Positions 17,648 to 26,486 of a DNA stretch of 64,000 nucleotides are shown piece by piece (within the stretch, counting starts at the first letter, position 1; the number at the start of each line of letters is the position of its first letter). The position numbers and the translations under genes are program-made. This DNA comes from Candidatus Limnocylindrales bacterium (GTDB lineage: Bacteria > Chloroflexota > Limnocylindria > Limnocylindrales > CSP1-4): the NCBI GenBank assembly GCA_036558545.1, contig DATBFJ010000027.1, forward strand, positions 946 to 64,945, written 5' to 3'. Under the pieces are notes generated by a model. It was not told the origin of the DNA, did not search any database, and saw nothing but the letters and a program-made list of their open reading frames with translations.

Positions 17648-19153
17648 TTGTCTGCCTGGAAGATCGACTACTGCCCGAGCCCGGACCTTCCACCGCTGGC
17701 CTGGGTAGCTCGGGTACACGCGTCGAGGGTCGCCGTTGCGTGCGGCCTATCCATCCGCACACAGGACGACGCGTTCTTCGACGGCACTTGGGTCGGCGGT
17801 CAGGACCTTGCAAGCGTGCTCGATTCGACGACACCATTCGGCGCCGGAATGGTCGTCCGTGACGGGGAGCTGTTCATCGTGCCGGCCGGCCACACATGCG
17901 AGGGTGTCTACCTCTGCCGGCCCGATGGCGCCGACAACACGCTCTACGTGAGCAACTCGATTGCGGGCCTGCTCGAGGCGACGGGTTTGTCGCTGGTCAA
18001 AGGCGTCGACTATGTGAGCCGCATGATCAGGCTCGCAGAAGGGCTCGATTTCACCCCGATAGAGATCCCGACAAGCGGTGCGCCAATCGAGTTTCACTAT
18101 TTCGAGAACCTGCGGATCGACGAACGCGGCCGCGTGACGATCATTCCGAAACCGCGCGAGAAGCCGTTCGTGTCGTACGACGACTACCTCGCGCGCATGG
18201 AGGCAGCCGCCGCCTCGCTCTTTGCCAACGCATCCGGCTACGAGCCGGTCATTGCCCTTTCAAATGGCTACGACAGCACGGCCATGGCCGTCATCGCGCA
18301 GCATGCCGGACTGCGCCGCGCCGTGACGTTCGCCAATGCGCGGCCGGCACGCGAGAACGAGTCGGATACGGAGGACAGCGGAGCCGCAACCGCCGGGCGG
18401 CTGGGTATCGCGGCGCAGGTCATCGATCGTGTCTCGTACATGGAGCGCGACGATTTGCCGGAGGCCGAATTCCTCGCGACCGGCGGCCCCGGCGAGGACG
18501 TCGCGAACAGCGCGATGGAGCCTGAGCTGCACCGCCGCTTGCTGATCACTGGCGATGTCGGCGCGGCCCTGTACCGCTTCGGCCGGCCCAAGCGCTCGGA
18601 CCTGTGGCGACTCGACCTTTCCGGCTCGTCGATGACCGAGTACCGCCTGCGTGTCGACTTCATGTTCGTGCCACTGCCCGTGTTCGGGATGACGGAAATC
18701 CCGAGCCTGCAGGAGATCACGCTCTCAGAAGAGATGAAGCCGTGGTCGATCGGCAGCTACTACGACCGACCCATCGCACGGCGCATAGGCGAGGAGGCAG
18801 GCGGCCTGCCGCGCGGCTCGTTCGCCGCCGTCAAGCACGCCGCGACAGCACTTATTCACCAGGATCCGGAGCGATGCATGTCCGCCGCAAGCCTGCGTGC
18901 GCTGCGCGACTTTGCCGCTGCCGAGGGGACGAAGCTGACGTTGGTGGAGCGTAAGCCGTTGCGCAGGCGAGAGCGCTTCGTGATCAAGGCGTCACGTCGA
19001 TTTCACGTTGATCAAATCGGCCGCGAGCTGGCCGCGCGGCAATGGGCGATGATCCACCACGAGCCGCGCCAGGGCTCTGTGTTATTTCGCTGGGGCGTGT
19101 CCGTCATTCGGCCGCGCTACGCCGCCGTCAGCGAGCTCCTGCCCGAGCGTTAG
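17648..19153 (+). CDS. Asparagine-synthetase-like PP-loop ATP pyrophosphatase lacking the N-terminal Cys nucleophile
   Basis: VIALSNGYDSTAMAV matches the SGGxDS PP-loop of AsnB-type synthetase domains. The N-terminal ~180 aa have an Ntn-like fold flavour but no Cys2. TTG start as in the ORF track; the start is uncertain. Confidence 0.5.
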   Translation: MSAWKIDYCPSPDLPPLAWVARVHASRVAVACGLSIRTQDDAFFDGTWVGGQDLASVLDSTTPFGAGMVVRDGELFIVPAGHTCEGVYLCRPDGADNTLYVSNSIAGLLEATGLSLVKGVDYVSRMIRLAEGLDFTPIEIPTSGAPIEFHYFENLRIDERGRVTIIPKPREKPFVSYDDYLARMEAAAASLFANASGYEPVIALSNGYDSTAMAVIAQHAGLRRAVTFANARPARENESDTEDSGAATAGRLGIAAQVIDRVSYMERDDLPEAEFLATGGPGEDVANSAMEPELHRRLLITGDVGAALYRFGRPKRSDLWRLDLSGSSMTEYRLRVDFMFVPLPVFGMTEIPSLQEITLSEEMKPWSIGSYYDRPIARRIGEEAGGLPRGSFAAVKHAATALIHQDPERCMSAASLRALRDFAAAEGTKLTLVERKPLRRRERFVIKASRRFHVDQIGRELAARQWAMIHHEPRQGSVLFRWGVSVIRPRYAAVSELLPER

Positions 19154-20439
19154 TGCGCGACGACCACGCGATTGCGGCCCTGGCGCTTGGCCGTATAGAG
19201 CGCCTCATCGGCCGCCGCCAGTAGAACCGGTACCTCGCCGGCGCGAACCTCGCCGACGGCGACACCGACCGAGACCGTGATCGGCTCGGCGACGCCGATG
19301 TCGACCGGCGGAATCTCGTTGATCTGGCGACGGATGCGCTCCGCGATCTCAACGGCCTGATCGGCCGTGGCCCTGCGCAACACCACGGCGAACTCTTCGC
19401 CGCCGTAACGCGCCGGCGTGTCCTCCGCTCGCACGGCGATCGAGATGCGCTCGCCGACAGCCCGCAGCACTCGATCGCCAGTGGCGTGGCCGTATCGGTC
19501 GTTGAGCTTCTTGAAGTTGTCGAGGTCGATCATTAACGCTCCCAGTCGATCGACATCGCGTCGCCGCGGCCCCACGCTCGACAGCAGCTCCTCGAGGTAG
19601 CGCCGGTTGGGCAGGCCGGTCAACACGTCGAGATTGGCCTGGTTTTCGGCACGCTCGAAGGCGAATGCGCGGGCGAGCGCCGCCGAGAGCTCGGAAGAGG
19701 CCCACGAAAGGAGCCGCCTGTCGGCAATGGTCCAGTCGCGTCTCTGCCGCCTGGAAAGGATCAACGCACCGATGATCTGGCCGTCCGCCACGAGCGGCAT
19801 CGCCAGCGTGTTGCGCAGCGCATACGATTCGCCCAGACGCTGCGCGATCTCGTCGGCCACGAGCTGTCCATCGTGGTTTTGCGTGTCGTGGCCGGGCACG
19901 GTCTGGCGGCGCAGCTGGGGCAGCCGCGACGGATCGAGGATGCCCGCGGCAAAGACCGTCCTCGAGGGTGGTACGCGGGCACGGCTCGAGACCAGTGTCG
20001 CCTCGACGACATGTTCCACCGGGCGAAGACGAGCGACCAGAATGTGGTCCGCGTCGGCCGCGCTGCGCAACTCGTCGACTATCGTCTGGACGATTGCCTC
20101 GGAGGAGACGGACCGCGACATGCCCTGAAGCATTCGCGTCAATCCCGCGTCGCGTGCGGTCCTACGCGCTGCGAGCCGGCGACTCAGCTCGATCTGCGTC
20201 CAGATTCCAATGCCAACCGCAATCACGCAGCCAAGCTCGAGCACGACCAATGGGTCAACGGGATTTCGTACGAGGCTGACGACGAGCAGCGCGCCGAGCA
20301 ACGCCAGGATCGCGTACATGGTTCGGCGCACTCGACGCAAGAGCGTCCGCTCGAATGCATCGGTGGCGTTGGGAGCGCTGGGAGTGCCGCGGAGGCTCGT
20401 ATCGCTCAGCTGATCCGGCTGTTGCTCAACGGTCGCCAC
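19150..20439 (-). CDS. Membrane-anchored GAF-GGDEF diguanylate cyclase
   Basis: Two N-terminal TM helices (MYAILALLGALLVVSL, LELGCVIAVGIGIWTQI) and a central GAF-like region. GGDEF domain with active site RYGGEEF and I-site RAED five residues upstream. The start is inferred at GTG 20439 (alternative ATG 20319); the ORF-track start overlaps the next gene. Confidence 0.85.
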   Translation of the reverse strand: MATVEQQPDQLSDTSLRGTPSAPNATDAFERTLLRRVRRTMYAILALLGALLVVSLVRNPVDPLVVLELGCVIAVGIGIWTQIELSRRLAARRTARDAGLTRMLQGMSRSVSSEAIVQTIVDELRSAADADHILVARLRPVEHVVEATLVSSRARVPPSRTVFAAGILDPSRLPQLRRQTVPGHDTQNHDGQLVADEIAQRLGESYALRNTLAMPLVADGQIIGALILSRRQRRDWTIADRRLLSWASSELSAALARAFAFERAENQANLDVLTGLPNRRYLEELLSSVGPRRRDVDRLGALMIDLDNFKKLNDRYGHATGDRVLRAVGERISIAVRAEDTPARYGGEEFAVVLRRATADQAVEIAERIRRQINEIPPVDIGVAEPITVSVGVAVGEVRAGEVPVLLAAADEALYTAKRQGRNRVVVAH

Positions 20440-20515
20440 TGTACGTGAGCATCGCTGGCTTTCCGTCGCGCGTATACCCCGCTCTTTCGTACGGGTCAGC
20501 CACCATGACGTCTGG

Positions 20516-21391
20516 CTACGCCGGGTCGTACCCCATCTCGAGCAGACCTCTGTCAAAGGCCTCGAAGCGCCGCTGTTGCCGTGACGTAAGCACCTGGCGC
20601 CAACCCTCGACAGCACCCTGGCCGAGCAGACTGATGCCACTGTGCCTGGCCGCCCGCGGAACGACGTGAGGCGTGGAGCGCATCGCTTCTCGCTCGGCAG
20701 CGCGCATCCGCTCGAGCGAGCAGATCTCAACGACCTCGGCCGCGCGGCCCGCGCTGATATCGAGACCGAGCCACCGCCCGATCTCCATCACGTGAGCCTG
20801 CGGATCGGCGCGAAGATCCTCGTAGCGAACGCGCAGGACTGCGCATCTCCCGTTCCGGGCGGCATCCAACCACGAGTCGAGGTGCGTCTGCCACGTACCG
20901 TGCGCGTCAGCACGACCGTCGACGAAGGCATCGACAAAATGATCGAACGACGCACGCTCATCGTCCGTCGCCAGGACGACGATCTGCTCGACGCGTTGCA
21001 TGTACCGGAAATACGAGACGACGATGTCTCTCGGGTCGCGAACGAGATGTATCGCGCGCCGGTAGACCGGCAGATACGGCTCGTGCGTCTTTATCAGCCG
21101 GCCGCCACCGGGAACCAGGCTGGGAGCGCCCGCCTGCGCGCCAACGTATGGCACCTCGTCATAGGCCGTGTCGAACCCGGAGCGCCGGCCCGTCATCTCG
21201 AGCAGGAGGAAGCGCAGCCAGGCATTTCCCGAGCGCGGGTATGAGGCCACGAAGACATCCTTCTCCGTCAGGCCTCGATGGTCGCGGTCGACCTTGAGGA
21301 TGCGACGCAAGGGCGAGCGCCGGTAGATCCGGCGAAGGACATCGGCACCGTCGGAGCCGCGGGCAATCTTGCCTGCCTTCGCCTGGGTCAC
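20516..21391 (-). CDS. PAPS-dependent sulfotransferase (divergent type B)
   Basis: YPRSGNAWLRFLL (5'-PSB loop) and IHLVRDPRDIVVSYF (3'-PB motif). The GTG start overlaps the upstream stop (GTGA). Confidence 0.8.
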   Translation of the reverse strand: MTQAKAGKIARGSDGADVLRRIYRRSPLRRILKVDRDHRGLTEKDVFVASYPRSGNAWLRFLLLEMTGRRSGFDTAYDEVPYVGAQAGAPSLVPGGGRLIKTHEPYLPVYRRAIHLVRDPRDIVVSYFRYMQRVEQIVVLATDDERASFDHFVDAFVDGRADAHGTWQTHLDSWLDAARNGRCAVLRVRYEDLRADPQAHVMEIGRWLGLDISAGRAAEVVEICSLERMRAAEREAMRSTPHVVPRAARHSGISLLGQGAVEGWRQVLTSRQQRRFEAFDRGLLEMGYDPA

Positions 21392-22491
21392 AGCTCGCGC
21401 AGCGCGTGGCGGTAGACGTCGCGGTGTTGGCCGGCGACGTCGGCCCAGGTCCTGCGGCCGGCGCGCTCGCGGCCGCGCTGCACGAGATCGTCGTGCTGCG
21501 CGAGCGCGCGCACGATGCCGTTTGCGATGTCAGTCTCGTCGCGCGGATCCACCAGCACTGCTGCTCCGCCGGCCGCATCAGGCATGGCCGTCGTGCGCGA
21601 CGTGACGACGGCCGCTCCGATCGCCATGGCGTCCAGGACGGGCATGCCGAACCCCTCGTACAGGGAAACGTACGCGACTGCGCCGCTCTCGCGGATGAGC
21701 TCGCCAAGCTCGTCGTCCGGCAGATAGCCGGTCAGCGAGATGAGACTTCGAGCAGGACTGTCTGCGATTCGTCGATCGATTCCATCCGAACGCCAGCCCC
21801 TGGCGCCGGCCAGGACCAGCTTGAGATCCGGCTCAACTGCCGCGAGCCTTTCGAACGCGCCGACGAGACGCTCGATGTTCTTGCGCGGCTCGACCGTGCC
21901 GAAATACAGGATGTAGCGTCGAGCCTCGAGTCCGAGGCGTGCCAGCACGGCCGTCCCGGGCGCCGCGGCGGCCTGGTCGATTGCGGCAGCGTGCGGAATC
22001 ACGACTACACGTCGCTGCGAGACGCCTATCCGGCCCAGCTCGCGCGCGGTGAAGCGCGATGGAACGATGACAGCTCGCGCGCGAGCCATCGCGACCAGGT
22101 TGATCGGCACGATCGGCCAGCGGGCGAGCGGATGGGTCCAGGGCATGCGCGCGACCGAGAGGTCATGCACGGTCAGCACGTAGGGCAGCCTGGCGGCAAG
22201 CGGCGCCGCCGCGTTCGTGTAGTGCACCAATCTCGCTCCCACGGCCACGGCGTCGAGTTCTGCGGCAAGCTGCATCCAGGCGTGGTAGGTCCGCCTCGTG
22301 AATGTTCGAAAAGTCACCTCGCCAAGAGTCGGCGCCAGCAAACCCTCGGGGCGAACGCCGATCAGGGCGAAGTCGGGCTCAGTCGAACGCATCAACTCGC
22401 GCGCGAGGAGCGCGGCGTAGAGTCCGACACCGGCGGGCTGTGCGCGGACCGGGCCGACGTCCAGCGCGACCGTATCTTTGTGAGCAATCAC
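21388..22491 (-). CDS. Glycosyltransferase, GT4 family
   Basis: DVGPVRAQPAGVGLY N-terminus and C-terminal YEGFGMPVLDAMAIGAAVVTS (E-x7-E). The start is inferred at GTG 22491 rather than 22545, which removes the overlap with the divergent gene. Confidence 0.8.
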   Translation of the reverse strand: MIAHKDTVALDVGPVRAQPAGVGLYAALLARELMRSTEPDFALIGVRPEGLLAPTLGEVTFRTFTRRTYHAWMQLAAELDAVAVGARLVHYTNAAAPLAARLPYVLTVHDLSVARMPWTHPLARWPIVPINLVAMARARAVIVPSRFTARELGRIGVSQRRVVVIPHAAAIDQAAAAPGTAVLARLGLEARRYILYFGTVEPRKNIERLVGAFERLAAVEPDLKLVLAGARGWRSDGIDRRIADSPARSLISLTGYLPDDELGELIRESGAVAYVSLYEGFGMPVLDAMAIGAAVVTSRTTAMPDAAGGAAVLVDPRDETDIANGIVRALAQHDDLVQRGRERAGRRTWADVAGQHRDVYRHALREL

Positions 22492-22530
22492 AGGCCGATA
22501 AGCATGCGCGATCCTACGAGGGGCACGTAA

Positions 22531-23433
22531 GTGGGCGGTCTCCACGAACGGAGTGGCTATCGCATATCAGTCATCGTGCCGACTCGCGTTGGCTGGCCCG
22601 ACATGCGCCGTAGCCTCGACGCGATCCTGCCTCAGCTTGAACGCTCTGGCGCCGAGCTGATCGTCGCCGACTCGAGCGGCCGGCCCCTGCCCGACTTCGC
22701 GGACGCGGACAACGTCACGTGGCTGCTGATGCCCGGCGCGCCCAGTCACGCGCTGCGGCAGGCCGCCTACGCAGCCGCCACTGGACCAGTCATCGCCATC
22801 ACCGAGGACCACTGCATGCCTGAAGCCGCGTGGCTCGAGCACATTCTCGAAGAGCATGAGCGCGACCCGGACGCGGCCGGAATCTTCGGACTGGTCGACA
22901 ACGGCTCGCGCGATCACGCGGTCGATTGGGCGCTGTTCAGCGTGGGCTACCTGGCATGGGCGCCGCCGAAACCGGCGCTGCGCGGTTCGCCTGGGCACGC
23001 GAATCTCTCATTCAAGAGCTGGATCTTTGACGTTATGCCCGCTCTCGACGACCAGGTCCTCGAGTTTCGCTATGTCGCGGCCCTGCGCCTGGCGGGCTAT
23101 CGCGTCGTCGGCACCGACCGAACGCTGGTGACCCATTTCCAATCAGCCGGCCTGCCTGCCACGGCGGCACTGATGTTCCACAACGGCCGAACAATCGCGG
23201 GGCTGAGGCGCAAGCGCATGACGGCGGTGGACTGGCTTCGCGTCGGCGCGCCGGGTCCGGTGGCGATCTTCAGGTCGTGGCGGATGATGCGCCTTGCCAG
23301 GGACAAGCGGCAGATCCAGGGTGCCGTACAACGCAGCCTGCCGCTGATCGTGGTGCTCAATCTTGCCCACACGGTCGGCGAGAGCGTCGGCTATCTTGGA
23401 GGTGCTGGACAAAGCGGTCGCCGGCTCCACTGA
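22531..23433 (+). CDS. GT-A (GT2-like) glycosyltransferase, tandem paralog 1
   Basis: ISVIVPTRVGWPDMRRSLDAILPQ...ELIVADSSG resembles the GT2 N-terminus. ITEDHC sits at the DxD position. C-terminal GGAGQSGRRLH tail is shared with paralogs 2 and 3. Confidence 0.7.
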   Translation: MGGLHERSGYRISVIVPTRVGWPDMRRSLDAILPQLERSGAELIVADSSGRPLPDFADADNVTWLLMPGAPSHALRQAAYAAATGPVIAITEDHCMPEAAWLEHILEEHERDPDAAGIFGLVDNGSRDHAVDWALFSVGYLAWAPPKPALRGSPGHANLSFKSWIFDVMPALDDQVLEFRYVAALRLAGYRVVGTDRTLVTHFQSAGLPATAALMFHNGRTIAGLRRKRMTAVDWLRVGAPGPVAIFRSWRMMRLARDKRQIQGAVQRSLPLIVVLNLAHTVGESVGYLGGAGQSGRRLH

Positions 23434-23443
23434 GGGAGGTTCG

Positions 23444-24364
23444 ATGTCGTCCGAATCGCTGCCCATCACCGCGCTCATCGCGACCATCCGTGGTTGGCCT
23501 GCCTGCCGCCAGGCTGTCACGCTCATCGCCGAACAGGTCGCTCGAGCCGGGGGTGAATTCATCGTCGCCGACGGTTCCCAGAACGCACCGCCCAGTGCGG
23601 AGGAGCTGGAGCAGCTGGGCGGTGCCGTGCGCTGGCTCTCACTGCCGGGCCAATCGGTATTTCAGTTGCGCCACGCCGGCTATCAACAGGCCCGCGGCGA
23701 GGTCGTCGCGATCACCGAGGACCATTGCTACGTTGCCCCCGACTGGGTCGAGCGTGTTATTGAGGCTCACCGCCGGCATCCGGATGCGGCCGCGGTAGGT
23801 GGCACGGTGGTCAACAACACGGACGAGAAGGTGGTCGACTGGGCAGCATTCTTTCTTACCCAGGGGCCGTTCATGCCGCCCCTTGAGAACGGCGTCGCGG
23901 ACCGCATTTCCGGCCCGGCCAACGTTTCGTACAAACGTCACGTGCTCGAGCGGCTCGGGGGCGACGACGAGCAGGGGGTCATCGACTTTCTCGAGCTGCC
24001 GCAGGTACTCGACGGCCAGCAGCTCGTGGCCGACGACACGATCGTCGTGCGCCACAATCAATCGCAGGGCCTCCGAGGCACGTCGCTGGCGGAGTTCGAT
24101 AACGGCCGGACGATCGCCGGCTATCGAAGACGGCAGATGGAGCGCGGCGACTGGCTGCGCATCATGAGCGCGCCTGTGCTGCCAACGTACCGCGCCGTGC
24201 GTCAGATGCGAATCGTGCGCAACAAGCGAATGCCAGACGGCATGACCTCGACGCGCATGGCCAAGGCTCTCCCGGCGCACCTGTGGTTCCAGTACTGCGC
24301 GATGGCCGGCGAGCTGCTCGGCTACGCGACCGGCCCGGGCGACAGCCCTCGCCGGCTGTTCTGA
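23444..24364 (+). CDS. GT-A (GT2-like) glycosyltransferase, tandem paralog 2
   Basis: ITALIATIRGWP...EFIVADGSQ, ITEDHC, ANVSYKR, FDNGRTIAGYRR, GPGDSPRRLF. The start is moved to ATG 23444. Confidence 0.7.
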   Translation: MSSESLPITALIATIRGWPACRQAVTLIAEQVARAGGEFIVADGSQNAPPSAEELEQLGGAVRWLSLPGQSVFQLRHAGYQQARGEVVAITEDHCYVAPDWVERVIEAHRRHPDAAAVGGTVVNNTDEKVVDWAAFFLTQGPFMPPLENGVADRISGPANVSYKRHVLERLGGDDEQGVIDFLELPQVLDGQQLVADDTIVVRHNQSQGLRGTSLAEFDNGRTIAGYRRRQMERGDWLRIMSAPVLPTYRAVRQMRIVRNKRMPDGMTSTRMAKALPAHLWFQYCAMAGELLGYATGPGDSPRRLF

Positions 24365-24369
24365 CAGCC

Positions 24370-25272
24370 GTGGCCGATCGACCGCCGCTCTCGGTCGTCA
24401 TCGGCACCGGCGAGGGTTGGCCCTACGTCCGCGCGCTCGTGCGCGCGTTGCGGCCTGAGATCGAGGGCGTTGGCGGAGAGCTGCTGATCGTCGATGGCAG
24501 CGGCAACTCGCCCCCGCCGGGCGACGAGCTGGGCGATCACGTGCTGTGGCTGACGCGCGATGCAACCTCAGTGTTCGCGTTGTACGCAATCGGCCTGCGC
24601 GAGGCCCGTGGCGAGGTGGTCGCCACAACTGAGGATCATGCGCTGCCAAGGCCGGGCTGGTGCGCGGCGATCGTCGCCGCGCATGCCGCGCATCCCGAGG
24701 CGGCCGCGATTGGCGGTGCGATCGAGAACGGTTCGACGGGTGCCCTGGTCCAGTGGGCGAGCTATTTCACGACGCAGGGTCCGCACATGGCACCGCTCGG
24801 TGATCGGGTCGTGCCCATGACCACGAACGAGGCCAACGTTTCGTACAAGCGCGCCGCGATCGCCGATGTCGACGACAACGGCGGCCTTGGGTTCATGGCC
24901 ATCCTGCACAACCGCCGTCTTGCACAGAGCGGCGCGATCCTGCGCGTCGACGATCGAATGGTCGTGGACCATTTCGAGACAGCCGGATTCGCCTGGACGA
25001 CATCGATCCATTTTCACAACGGCAAGTCGATCGCCGGCTTCCGTCGCTCAGATGGCATGGGCACCGAGGACTGGATTCGCATGGCCACCGCGCTTGTGCT
25101 GCCAGCGTGGCGGACGGTGCGCGTGTGGCGCACCGGCCTGGCCAAGGGCCGCAAAGGGCGCGAGCTGGTGGCCAGTGCGCCGTTCGCGGTGTGGCTCGAA
25201 TACGTCCAGGGAGCGGGCAGCCTGATGGGCTATCTGCTCGGGCCGGGCGGCAGTCCAAGCCACCTGCGCTAG
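24370..25272 (+). CDS. GT-A (GT2-like) glycosyltransferase, tandem paralog 3
   Basis: LSVVIGTGEGWP...ELLIVDGSGN, TTEDHA, ANVSYKR, FHNGKSIAGFRR, GPGGSPSHLR. The start is inferred at GTG 24370. Confidence 0.7.
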   Translation: MADRPPLSVVIGTGEGWPYVRALVRALRPEIEGVGGELLIVDGSGNSPPPGDELGDHVLWLTRDATSVFALYAIGLREARGEVVATTEDHALPRPGWCAAIVAAHAAHPEAAAIGGAIENGSTGALVQWASYFTTQGPHMAPLGDRVVPMTTNEANVSYKRAAIADVDDNGGLGFMAILHNRRLAQSGAILRVDDRMVVDHFETAGFAWTTSIHFHNGKSIAGFRRSDGMGTEDWIRMATALVLPAWRTVRVWRTGLAKGRKGRELVASAPFAVWLEYVQGAGSLMGYLLGPGGSPSHLR

Positions 25273-25295
25273 AACCAGCCACACTCGCAGCTGTC

Positions 25296-26399
25296 ATGCA
25301 AGCCGCGATTGTCCACGACTACTTCGTCCAGGACGGCGGTGCGGAGCGCGTGGCGATCGAGCTGGCCAACCTTCTGCCGACGGCCCGGATCTTCACCACT
25401 TTCTTTGACGCGGCACGCTTCGGCGACCGCATCGACCCAGCACGTGTCCATTGCTGGGCACTGAACGAGCACTTCGACGAGGATCGCTTCCGCTCGCTGC
25501 TGCCGCTTTACCCGGCTTACTTCTCCGCACTGGACCTGCGCGAGTTCGATCTGGTCGTCAGCAGCTCGTCTGCATTCGCGAAGGCCGTGCGCACATCGCG
25601 CCGCCACGTTCACGTCGCGTACATCCACGCGCCGATGCGCTTCGCCTGGCAATTCCGCGACTACGAGCGCGGCTCGTCGCTGGGCACGACGGCACGCTTC
25701 GCCGGCTCGCTGTTGAGCGCTCCGCTGCGGACCTGGGATCGGCGAACCGCGCAACGGCCGACTCACCTTGTCGCCAACTCGGCAGCGGTGCGGGATCGCA
25801 TCAGGAGCTGGTGGGGCCGCGACGCGGACGTCATCTATCCGCCGGTCGACACCCACGAGATAGGGCTGTCGACCGTGGACGACGGCTATCTGCTCGTCGT
25901 CGCCAGGTTGTTGGCTTACCGCCGTGTCGACCTAGCGGTCGACGCGGCCAACGCGACCGGCAGGCGGCTGGTCATCGTTGGCGATGGCCCGGAACGAGCC
26001 GCGCTCGAGAAGCGCGCTGGACCGAGCGTGACGTTCGAAGGCTACGTCCAGCGCGCCCGGCTCGTGGACCTGCTCCGCCGTTGCTCTGCCTATCTCGTGC
26101 CCGGCGAAGAGGACTTTGGCATTGCCCCGGTCGAGGCGATGGCGGCGGGCAAGCCGGTCGTTGCGATAAATCGCGGGGGAACGGCCGAAACGGTCGTCGA
26201 TGGCGTGAGTGGCGTTCTGTTCGAGGAGCAGACGGAACAAGCCCTTGTTGCGGCTCTTGACAAGCTCTCCAACACGCGCCTCGACCCTGCGGCGATACGG
26301 CGTCGCGCCCAGCGATTCGATCGAGGCGCCTTCATCGACGACTTCGCAAATCTGCTGGCGAGGTTGGACGTCGATCCCGCCCTCGTGGCACGAGGCTGA
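25296..26399 (+). CDS. Glycosyltransferase, GT4 family
   Basis: MQAAIVHDYFVQDGGAERV N-terminus and C-terminal GEEDFGIAPVEAMAAGKPVVA (E-x7-E). The start is moved to ATG 25296. Confidence 0.8.
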   Translation: MQAAIVHDYFVQDGGAERVAIELANLLPTARIFTTFFDAARFGDRIDPARVHCWALNEHFDEDRFRSLLPLYPAYFSALDLREFDLVVSSSSAFAKAVRTSRRHVHVAYIHAPMRFAWQFRDYERGSSLGTTARFAGSLLSAPLRTWDRRTAQRPTHLVANSAAVRDRIRSWWGRDADVIYPPVDTHEIGLSTVDDGYLLVVARLLAYRRVDLAVDAANATGRRLVIVGDGPERAALEKRAGPSVTFEGYVQRARLVDLLRRCSAYLVPGEEDFGIAPVEAMAAGKPVVAINRGGTAETVVDGVSGVLFEEQTEQALVAALDKLSNTRLDPAAIRRRAQRFDRGAFIDDFANLLARLDVDPALVARG

Positions 26400-26486
26400 A
26401 TCGTCCGGAGACTCCGTTGAAGCGGCCCGTCCCGCGTTTCCTACCTATACTCCTGCCCTCTCCTGGTGCCCCAGTGAGGAGAGTTC

